Notes under the pieces: model-generated
Database searches by the model: none
The model's input: the letters and a program-made list of their open reading frames with translations, nothing else
Told to the model about the DNA's origin: nothing
Program-made: the position numbers and the translations under genes
Shown here: positions 26,363 to 36,800 of the stretch, one piece after another
How positions within the stretch are numbered: position 1 is the first letter of the stretch
Layout of the letters: every line of letters starts with the position of its first letter
Source: Sporopachydermia quercuum
Taxonomy: Eukaryota
Reading direction: 5' to 3'
Assembly (NCBI GenBank): GCA_001599295.1
Contig: BCGN01000006.1
Span: 558,001 to 622,000 of the forward strand
Length of the DNA: 64,000 nt

Positions 26363-29300
26363 TTANACAGGTTTTCCTCCAATCCATTCACTCCATCTCC
26401 TAACTTCAGATGGGATACCTTCATGAAGTTTTTCAGGAAGTTTCTCCTTAACTGCTTGAGCAAACAATAAACTAGTATTAGGTTCATTGAACAAAGGAAT
26501 AGCAAAATCAATAGCATTTCTTCTCATAACATAATCCTCATCCAATAAATCCTCAGCTCTAGCCTTCGCCAAATTAAATACTGCTTGAATGTCATACTTT
26601 TGGAAAACTTCCCGTAACTTTCTCTTATCATTCTTAGGGAATTCAATAACAGTGATTTGGCTACCTTGAGGTAAATAGCTTTCCAAGTACTTCTTAACTG
26701 GTGCTGAAGCAACACAGATATTATAACCAAGAGGAGCTAAAATATTTACAATATCACCAAGTTTGGAATTCTCCAAATCACCACCAAACAAAATTGATCC
26801 GGGAGGAGTAGGTAATTTGAAATTCATTGTAGCTTGAATAGAACTCCAATAGGCTTCAATCACATCTTTACCAAAGCAAGCAACTTCACCTGTAGATGCC
26901 ATTTCAACTCCTAAGAAAGGATCTGCACCAGCAAGCCGGGTGAATGAAAACTGAGGAACTTTAGTAGCAACATAGTCATATTTCTTTGCCATCAAGTCAA
27001 CAGGTTCAGGAATATCTTTCTTCAATAAAGCTTTAGTCGCAACGTCAATGAAGTTTACTCCCAATACCTTAGAAACAAATGGGAAAGATCTTGAAGCACG
27101 AATATTACATTCAATAACTTTCAATTCAGGATATTCGGGATTTGTAGGAACATCATTTTTGATGATTTGCATATTGAAAGGACCAGTTATTTTCCACGCA
27201 GCAGCTACTTTATCAGCAATTTCCTTGACTCTGGCCATCACAGAATCTGATAAATTAGCAGGTGGTAAAACTAACGTAGCATCACCAGAATGGATACCGG
27301 CGTTCTCAACATGTTCAGATACAGCATGAACCAAAACTTTACCATTAGCAGCAACGGCATCAACATCAATTTCTTGGGCACCTTCAATGAACTTAGAAAT
27401 AACAACAGGATGCTCAGGTGAAACATCGGCTGCCAAACTAAGCTTGGTTTCTAATTCTTCATCACTTCTGATAACTGACATAGCAGCGCCAGAAAGAACA
27501 TATGAAGGTCTACATAAAACTGGGAATCCAACAGCTGATGCAAATTGTTTAGCAGCATCTAAAGAGCTCAATTCTTTCCATGCAGGTTGATCAACTCCAA
27601 GGGAATCCAAAATTGATGAGAACTTATGTCTATCTTCAGCCTTATCGATATCTTCAGGATTAGTACCTAAGATTCTTGCTCCGGATTGCTGTAATTTCAA
27701 TGCAATGTTTTGAGGTAATTGACCACCAACAGATACAACTACACCTTGAGAGTTTTCTAATTCGTAAATATCCATAACTCTTTCAAATGATAGCTCTTCG
27801 AAGTACAATCTATCGACTTCATCAAAGTCAGTAGAAACCGTCTCAGGATTGTAGTTGATCATGATGGTCTTCTTTCCAACATCACGTAAAGCTCTTGCAG
27901 TAGCAACAGCACACCAATCAAACTCAACAGACGATCCAATTCTATAAACGCCAGAGCCTAAAACCATAGTTCCGTGTTCATCAAATTTAACATCATGTTC
28001 AGATGCATTATATGTAGTATAAAGATAATTGGTATCGGCAGGGAATTCAGCAGCTAAAGTATCAATCTTCTTCACAAAAGGTAAAACCCCAAATGATTGT
28101 CTGCGAGCTCTAACTTCTAATTCACTTGATCCAACAGCCAATGCAATTTGCTTATCTGAGAATCCTAATTTCTTTGCTCTAAGAACCAAATCATGAGTTA
28201 AACCAAATAATGAGCCAATTTTCTCTAATTCTCTCTGCATATTAACAATATTCATCAACTTATAAAGAAACCATTTATCAATCTTAGTTAATTCATGAAC
28301 TCTATCCACAGTATAGTTTTCATGTAATAAAGCTTGACCAACAGCCAACCATCTACGATCAGTTGGATTGCTTAAAGCTTCATCTAAATTTTCAAACTCA
28401 CCACCTTGGAACCCAATGAAACCAGGATCAACTTGCCTAATAGCCTTTTGGAAGGATTCTTCAAAAGTTCTACCAATAGCCATAACTTCACCAACTGATT
28501 TCATAGATGATCCAATTTCACGATTGACATGTTGGAACTTGCTCAAATCCCATCTGGGGATCTTAGTAACCATATAATCAAGACTTGGTTCAAAGTTAGC
28601 TGATGTAGTCTTGGTAACAGGATTAGGCAATTCAGGTAATGTATGTCCTAAAGCAATCTTAGCAGCAGTATAAGCTAAAGGGTAACCAGTAGCTTTAGAA
28701 GCTAAAGCAGAAGATCTAGAAAGACGAGCATTGACCTCAATTACTCTATAATCTAATCCATCGGGTTGTAAAGAGTATTGAACGTTACATTCACCAACGA
28801 CACCTAAATGACGAATAATCTTAATAGCAGCTGATCTTAGCATATGATACTCTTCATCAGAAAGAGTTTGAGAAGGAGCAACGACAATTGAATCACCAGT
28901 GTGAATACCTAAAGGATCAAAGTTTTCCATATTACAAACAGTAATACAGTTACCAACTCTATCTCTAACTACTTCGTATTCGACCTCTTTCCAGCCTTTC
29001 AATGATTTTTCAACAAGGATTTGTGGTGCCAAAGAAAGAGATTGAGAAGCTAGATTACGTAATTCGTCTTCATTATTAGCGAAACCTGAACCGAGACCAC
29101 CTAAAGCATAAGCAGATCTTACAATGATAGGATAACCGACCACTTCAGCAGCCTTCAAAGCATCATCAACAGTATCAACAGCAATTGATTCGGCAATAGG
29201 AATATTAATTTCTTTTAAAGCATTAGCAAATAAATCACGATCTTCTGAAGTTTCTAAAGTCTTTATTGGAGTTCCTAACACTTTCACGCCATACCTCTCA

Positions 29301-29857
29301 AATACTCCCATTTTATCCAGTTGAACACCTACATTAAGACCAGTTTGACCACCAAATGTAAGTAAAATACCATCAGGTTTCTCTCGTTCAATAATATATA
29401 TGATGTATTCAGGAGTGACAGGTAAATAATAAACTTCATCAGCTAAAGAGTGAGAAGTTTGATTTGTTGCAATATTAGGATTGATCAAAATAGCTTTCTT
29501 GTTTGCCTCTTTCAGAGCTTTAATAGCTTGAGAACCTGAATAATCGAATTCTCCAGCTTGACCAATTGAAAGACCTCCTGAACCAATAACTAAAACTGTA
29601 GAAACATCGACAAGATTTGTAGCATTTTCATCAGTGAATCCTTTTAAAATTCCAGCTCCCGCATAAGTAAGCGCTTGTTTTTTCTGTTCACTAGCAATTA
29701 ACGAAGCAGTGGTTAATGAAAATTTTCTATCAATACTCTTTGAAAGAATAGGCTTTGATGTGATAGTTTTATTAGTTAAAACTCTTCCTTTCAACCCCAC
29801 TAATGAGGAGAAACTCCGAACACTTGGCAGGACGTTTCTAACTGATGTCTTAAGCAT
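26363..29857 (-). CDS. CPA2: Arginine-specific carbamoyl-phosphate synthase large subunit, with a presequence-like N-terminus
   Basis: VLVIGSGGLSIGQAGEFDYSGSQAIKAL, two ATP-grasp halves, LGSGVYRIGSSVEFDWC, MASTGEVA; no glutaminase, DHOase or ATCase fusion, so not URA2. Confidence 0.97.
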   Translation of the reverse strand: MLKTSVRNVLPSVRSFSSLVGLKGRVLTNKTITSKPILSKSIDRKFSLTTASLIASEQKKQALTYAGAGILKGFTDENATNLVDVSTVLVIGSGGLSIGQAGEFDYSGSQAIKALKEANKKAILINPNIATNQTSHSLADEVYYLPVTPEYIIYIIEREKPDGILLTFGGQTGLNVGVQLDKMGVFERYGVKVLGTPIKTLETSEDRDLFANALKEINIPIAESIAVDTVDDALKAAEVVGYPIIVRSAYALGGLGSGFANNEDELRNLASQSLSLAPQILVEKSLKGWKEVEYEVVRDRVGNCITVCNMENFDPLGIHTGDSIVVAPSQTLSDEEYHMLRSAAIKIIRHLGVVGECNVQYSLQPDGLDYRVIEVNARLSRSSALASKATGYPLAYTAAKIALGHTLPELPNPVTKTTSANFEPSLDYMVTKIPRWDLSKFQHVNREIGSSMKSVGEVMAIGRTFEESFQKAIRQVDPGFIGFQGGEFENLDEALSNPTDRRWLAVGQALLHENYTVDRVHELTKIDKWFLYKLMNIVNMQRELEKIGSLFGLTHDLVLRAKKLGFSDKQIALAVGSSELEVRARRQSFGVLPFVKKIDTLAAEFPADTNYLYTTYNASEHDVKFDEHGTMVLGSGVYRIGSSVEFDWCAVATARALRDVGKKTIMINYNPETVSTDFDEVDRLYFEELSFERVMDIYELENSQGVVVSVGGQLPQNIALKLQQSGARILGTNPEDIDKAEDRHKFSSILDSLGVDQPAWKELSSLDAAKQFASAVGFPVLCRPSYVLSGAAMSVIRSDEELETKLSLAADVSPEHPVVISKFIEGAQEIDVDAVAANGKVLVHAVSEHVENAGIHSGDATLVLPPANLSDSVMARVKEIADKVAAAWKITGPFNMQIIKNDVPTNPEYPELKVIECNIRASRSFPFVSKVLGVNFIDVATKALLKKDIPEPVDLMAKKYDYVATKVPQFSFTRLAGADPFLGVEMASTGEVACFGKDVIEAYWSSIQATMNFKLPTPPGSILFGGDLENSKLGDIVNILAPLGYNICVASAPVKKYLESYLPQGSQITVIEFPKNDKRKLREVFQKYDIQAVFNLAKARAEDLLDEDYVMRRNAIDFAIPLFNEPNTSLLFAQAVKEKLPEKLHEGIPSEVRRWSEWIGGKPX

Positions 29858-31131
29858 TATAGTGATTGCTGTTGTTAATAATTACAGGGTTAGCTCCTTG
29901 TATGATAATGTTCCACAGATTTTCCTTCTCTACTAATCCATGTATCCACATCAAGAAGTAAAGGAAGCAAATAACAATTGACTACTTATACTATATATAA
30001 GTCAATCTAAATCCAACAATTGAATCCAATCCTTTATTTAATGCACCAAAGTATCGATTAAATCACTCGTTATTTATTCACTAGCATGAATAGTAGTATG
30101 AACAGTATAGCAAGTATCTCTTCTGATCTCCTCAATACCAGTAAATCAATAATCAACTAACCAAGATAATAAGAATAAAACCAACTAACTGAAAAAACCA
30201 ATTGGCAATTCAGATGCAAATCAACAACTTATTTACTTAGCTAGTTTGTTCGTATGGTAGTTAGCTTTGCTTGTCAAACAATTTGTTGATTTTAGTCTAT
30301 TCAACAGTACTTAAAAGTTATAAAAAAACATTTTTTCAGATGATTTGGTTTCCTTTTCATCCATTCCTCTGATTATTTATGAATCACCGACTATTTTTTT
30401 CCACTTTTTTAGCTTTTTTTCCTTCATTTTTTCATGGAGTTGATGAAATTTTTAAGGTTTGATATAATGTTCGAAGTTTAATTTCAGAATAGGAAATATT
30501 ATGGGATGTTCAGGAGAGAGGAGGGAAGGAGGGAGATTTAATTGTTGAGAATTTGATTGATAATTGAATGATATTACTAGTTTGAAGTGTATGGTACCGC
30601 GTTGATAGTTCTAGGTAGCTTTGGGTAAAGTTTGAAGACATTTGAAGCTCAGACTGGTGCATTTCTGGTATGTCATAGAGATGGAGCTTGTGGCTAGTAG
30701 AGAAGTGTGTGCATACTTAGTAAGAACGATGGAAAGTATATCAAATTCCCAAATCGCTAACAGCAGATAGAAATATTTGGGCTCTTTGAGTGGTATTTTT
30801 GTATTTTATTGTAATTTTGGTACTTCATTTGGTTTAATCGTACTCTTTTGTCAGAGAAATTAGGCATTCTTATAGAGAAATGATAATTAGAGTTATCGAC
30901 TATGCAGGATTAATACATCTACGTACAGTACACCTGCATTATAGAGTCCATCCAAACACATCCGAAANATATACTCAAACGGTTAATAAAACAAGATGTT
31001 ATACATCCAAATCAGCAGAAGCTTGTCTATCTCTTTCCAGAATTTACCTCAACTACTTACTCATTTTTTATTGCGATGTCCCCGCATCTTTATATGAGTA
31101 TCTAACGAAAAATAGTTATTCTTGTTGAATA

Positions 31132-31139
31132 TTACCCGG
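31132..31139. promoter_or_regulatory. Reb1-type site (TTACCCGG) in the CPA2/DNF3 divergent intergenic region
   Basis: Exact consensus match. Confidence 0.45.
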
Positions 31140-31636
31140 CCGCCTGAACACAAATTTCTGCTTAAATAAAATTAAGTTTCGGTGATTGAGAATAAGGTTT
31201 TCACTCAAAATTTATCTCCAGAAATCTGATCCTTCGCATTCTCATATATTTCATTGTATACAATAATATATCAAACATCAAAGACGATGATAAAGTGAGC
31301 TTACAAACCGTTGGAAACAGTTAAACATGATACGAATAAGCTAGTTTGTTTTTATTTTCGAAAGGTTGTAAAGCTCAGCTGTAAGCTCAATTACTCTTTG
31401 GTCAGTAGGCCCTGCCAGGAAATTCATGAAAAATCTATTTACTCTTTGAAACATAAAACATTACACTTTCGGTGTTCAAAATTCAATTTATTGACAAATT
31501 AAGAATCGAGAGATGGGTTTGCCCAATATGTAACCTAGAAGTAGTCGGCTTCTGTGAAGTGTATCTAGAATGATTCCTATTTCAGATCCTGAGTTTGAAA
31601 TAGCCTAGTAATTGCAATATTGGATACTTATGATTG

Positions 31637-31645
31637 ATGAGTCAT
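31637..31645. promoter_or_regulatory. Gcn4/AP-1 site ATGAGTCAT upstream of CPA2
   Basis: Perfect 9-bp optimal Gcn4 site. CPA2 is under general amino-acid control in yeasts, but the site lies about 1.8 kb from the ATG. Confidence 0.45.
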
Positions 31646-33576
31646 AAGGTAGAGGCACTACTCCAATTCAGATCTTATTTATTATCTAAGCTTTATTTCA
31701 ACTTATTTATTCATTGACATACTGATTTATCCTGTGTTCAAGCATAAACTGGAAAAATTGCTTATCACATTATTGCTATTTAATTAACGGTCTGAGTTTC
31801 TCCTCTCAAACAGGTGACATGTTTTCCAGTTTAAAATTATCCTTCTCATTTACTCTCAAACTTCCATTTTTCTCTCTATACGGGATATTTACTGAATTCC
31901 AATTATTTTCTTATGATCAACAACACGCTTATGCTAGTAAGGTCATTAAATTACCGTAATTCATTTCATCTCTCTGGCCCTTAAAGAATCAGCCACTAGC
32001 GTGTTACCCAGTAAACATTTGTCGTCGGTTCAATGCAGGCTAATTGTAATCCAATTAGTCAAAGGTTTCTCATTCTTTCACTTCTCATTCTAGTTTTCTA
32101 GTTTCCATCACTTTTGATGATAATTTTTTTTCATTTTTACTCTTTCAATTGTCAACTGATAGGAAATACTTATTTATCTACATTGGTGAAATTTCCTCAT
32201 AGTAATCAAAAATTTCAATCTCAGTACCTGTGATTCCCTATTTCGGCAATTTACGAGATAAGGTGAATGTAAGTGTATGCGAGAATCATGTATGGGGATG
32301 GCACTGGAGACAAACGTATGGCGCAGTACATTCATTACAAGGCTTCCCAAACAAGACTCACAAGAGAAGTACTTGAAGTACATAATAAACCCACTTAAAG
32401 TAGGAATTAGAAGAATAAACTGATAGTGTTTTGAAAGTAATGTAATTATGTATGGAAGTAGTTGCTTTTCTTTAATAAATATCTAAAAACGCTTGAAAAG
32501 TCCTCCTCCAACGATTCATACTCAAATCTCCCATATACCCCCTGCAATATATTCTACTTCGGGGGTATCTCTAAAGATAGTGAAATTCTCACTAATAATG
32601 GCACTAAATACGGTCGTNCAGCCCTTTTCTTTTTCAACTTTAATTCCAGTATTTTCCTTATGCATTTTTCTTTAAAACACCAAAAATTTGAAAATAAGAA
32701 TAATTGTTTTATTTATTCTGCTGATGCTATGATTAATCTTCCGATTTCCCCAACATCTCTTTATTTCTCCTCTCAGCTTCATCTATGCATCTTCAGCATA
32801 GCACCACATATTACTGCCTTCTTCATGCATATTGCTTCGCCCGGTTCCCAAACCTTATTCTGCCAACCCGCACCACAATTCGCAAAAAGCTCTTGAGACA
32901 AATCAACAAACAACTGTGACTTCTGCTGCAGGTGTTTTGTATGGTACACACCATCATGCTACTATAATCAACAGAGCATCTAGTTTCCATATTATTTTAG
33001 ACATAATTAAATAATAGATTAATATTCATCGACCCATTTAACGCCTAGCTAACTGATAAAACCGTATACTTGGCGTGTGAACTAAGCCTCAACACTCAAC
33101 ACTAAAGGTAATGAATGTAATGTACTCACTATCTGTATATTTAACACTTACTTACAGGTACGTTACTTACTAAATATACAGCAAGCATAAAATAGCATTG
33201 CTTTGGTATACTACTTATCGGCACCAACAAAACAGAGATATTAAGTGATAAATAAGTTGTTTATCGCTAGTAACAGAAGTTCGCGATAAATTGAGACTAA
33301 ACGGAAGGTGAGAAAGATAAGAAGCAAATACATTTTTGCTTGGTAAATTAGTGTTACGATAATAGTAATATTAGTATAAAATAGCCACTCGTTTCATATT
33401 TAATTTTTGGATTATTGGATTGTTTATCAATTGTTACAAGAAAACCTGTATTTCAACAGCTCAAGAGAGATATCTGATTTCTTTGCATGGTAGATCAAAA
33501 AGATAGTTGATCTCAATTCGTTTGATTGCATGTCGGTCTGGTTTGTCTTGTTGTCAGTTCATAACGTCAAAACAAA

Positions 33577-33601
33577 GATTTGATTTGATTTGATTTGATT
33601 T
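33577..33601. repeat. (GATTT)5 microsatellite
   Basis: Five perfect copies upstream of DNF3. Confidence 0.9.
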
Positions 33602-33849
33602 CTATTGATAGTTAGTTTTTATGCTGTCAGATCTCAAAGAAAGCTTAGTTGATTGATTGATCTAGTGNAGTGTAGTATACTGCAACATACTGTCAACTAT
33701 ACATTGCTCTTCAACAGTCCTGTTTTATTAACGTCCATAACCACTCAACCTTTTAGATTTGGTTCTGATCATCCTATCGTTCAAAGTGCATAATCAACAG
33801 GACAATTACTAGCATTCAATCATAATTATAATAGCATTTTATATTTATT

Positions 33850-36800
33850 ATGGATCCAAGTGGGAAAAGGATGAATCGACCGAGAGGTCTTTCGCTTCGG
33901 AGTCAACTATTTTCTCGGTCAATGAATCGAACTACCACGGAAGGGAATAACTTGGAATCAGAAGAACAAGATTCACAACAGCCCTCGGCCGTTGAACTTT
34001 CCGAGGTTTCCCACTCAACTATTACTCCAAGCACAATTCATTTTGATGATAATAGTATTGTAAATGATAACAACCATGACTATAACAACTATAGCAACAA
34101 TCTAACCAACATTATTTCCACAAATGCATCTGTATCATCATCGTCGGATTTCTCCGTGGATTCCTACAGCAACACTACTGACAACACCCATTCAACTAGG
34201 TACAATCCATATTTGGGGGATAATATCATCCCGGCAATTATTCCAAACACATCCGATGTCAGTAAGAGCAAACGATCGGGGATTTCTCTTTCCCAACAGT
34301 TAAACCCGTCGGGAATTCTCGGAAACTTGAAACATTTTAAACAAAANGCCAAAAAATGGATCCTCCGTGTTAAAGATATTCCCCCGTCAATAGATGGAAG
34401 GAAAATACCAATAAACTTATCTCGGAATTCTTTCAGTTATTCCGACGAGTTTACCCGAGATCCTGTGAATAAACTACTAATAGACGAACGAACAAAGAAA
34501 CCATATTGCGATAATATGATCACATCATCGATTTATACTGCTTATACTTTTTTCCCTCGGCAGTTATACGTTCAAATGTCAAAACTGGCGAATTTGTACT
34601 TGTTTATTATGGCATTTCTACAAATGGTTCCGTCTTTTTCTACCACAGGTAATTATACTACTATTATTCCTCTTACTATTTTCACATGCATAGCTATGGC
34701 CAGAGAAGGCTGGGACGACTGGAGACGGCATCGTCTAGACAAGGAAGAGAACAACCGAGTTGCAACCTTATTATTTGCTGCCGATGATATAGATGCCCAG
34801 ATATCCCATGATTTCACGCTGGAAGATACTCCCAATAAGGGAAATAAAGGCAAGATTCGAAAGAGAAACGGGAAAAGAACCGGGAAGTTTGTTTCTTCTA
34901 GTAAAGAGATTCCTCGCAAAGTTGAATCATCTGATACAGAATCCCGAACATGTCTTCCATTATCATCTATACCCTCTAGCGCCGGCTCGGCCCAAGGCTC
35001 TAGCACGGATTGTTACCCTCTTCAAAGACGGAAAATCTTATGGAAAAACATCCGAGTCGGAGATGTCGTTGAACTAGAACAAGATGAATGGGTTCCAGCG
35101 GATATAATTCTTATCTCGGCTTCAGGACCAGGAGATATTGCATATATTGAAACCATGGCTCTGGATGGAGAAACGAACCTTAAATCTCGGCAACCACATC
35201 CAGAAATCACAAAGCGATGTAAAACCTATGCCAATCTTGCCGAATTTCAGGCATTACTGGTCTCGGAAGACCCAAACCTTGATTTATACAACTTTGACGG
35301 AACATGTGTTATCGGATCGGAAAGATTCCCAATGACTTCTGATAATATAGTTTACCGTGGAAGCGTTCTGCGTAACACTCCGAAAGCCATCGGAATTGTT
35401 ATCTTCTCTGGAGAAGAAACTAAAATCAGAATGAACTCTATCAAAAACGCTAGGACAAAAGCACCAAAATTAGCTAAACGAATTAATTTTACCGTTATAT
35501 TAATGTTCGCAATTGTTATATTTCTCGGTGTTTTCTGTACAGTGGCTTCCGTGATTTATTATAACCAAAATATTGAAGATTTAAGCTATTTAGACGGATC
35601 GGAAGTAGGTTTAGCACCAAAACTGATTGGGTTCATCATTATGTTTAACACACTTATTCCCTTGTCTTTATATGTATCAATGGAGCTTATCAAAGTGATG
35701 CAAATGCTTATGTTACAATGGGACATTGATATGTATCATGAGCCATCGGATACTCCGTGTGAGTCTCGAACGGCAACTATATTAGAAGAGTTAGGGCAAG
35801 TGTCATATATCTTTTCCGACAAGACCGGAACGTTAACTGATAACGTTATGGTTTTCCGAAAAATGTCAGTTGCTGGGTATGCCTGGTTACATGATGTTGA
35901 TTTGCTGGAATCAGAAGAATCGGAAAAGATGATTACTGGAGCAGTATCAGAATTAGATATGAATGGAGTAGGATCGGAAATGACATCGGATAATATCGGA
36001 AGGAAATCAGGCCAACTGTCCAGAAAGAGCACTGATATCCATAGCCGCAAATCTTTAACGGGTCAAGTGTCCCAAAGAGGCCAAGGCACCAAAACGTATA
36101 AAGGTAAACCAGCTATGGCCGAATTGGTTCCGAGTACTTCCATTCCTGTTTCAGCTGCAACATCTGCTCCCGGAAAACCTCGGAATAGTATGGCAAGCTT
36201 CAGATCCGATATTTCCCCACAACGCACTTGGAAATCATCCGCTGCTCCCGAAAGACCACAAGAAATTCTTAACACCGTTCAGCTAATTCAATACCTTCAA
36301 ACGCATCCGAATGCTTTATACTCTCAAAGAGTAAAGTTTTTTCTGCTTAATATTGCATTATGTCATACTTGTTTACCGCAAAGGCTAACTGACACCGAGG
36401 ATGAAGAGTCTTCCGAAACCTCGGAGGACTCGTCGGAAGATTGCGCGGAATCGGAGACAATTGAATATCAAGCGTCTTCTCCCGATGAATTGGCTTTAGT
36501 TGGTGCCGCCCGTGATCTCGGATACATTGTAGTCGATCGAGATATTGATACAATTACCATCCGGACATATCCGGACGGGTTAGATGCTGATCCGAAGGAA
36601 GAAAAATACGAAATCCTGGAGATAATAGAGTTTTCCAGCTCCCGGAAAAGAATGAGTGTGATCGTCAGGTTCCCAGATGGAAGAGCGTGTATTTTATGCA
36701 AAGGGGCGGATAATATTATGCTTCCTCGGCTTAAAAGTGAGAAGATGGCAAAGGCAAAAGCAATTGAAATAGCAAAACAATCCTCAGTCCGGAAAAACGC

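Noticed and set aside
29850..29951. CPA2 uORF as an arginine attenuator peptide homolog
   Set aside because: It has only a loose ENLW; the D-Y-x-x-D-H-x-W core of CPA1/arg-2 attenuator peptides is missing.
32462..32896. 144-aa ORF upstream of DNF3
   Set aside because: TTG start, Phe/Ser/Asn-rich composition from pyrimidine tracts, and no motif; likely promoter DNA.
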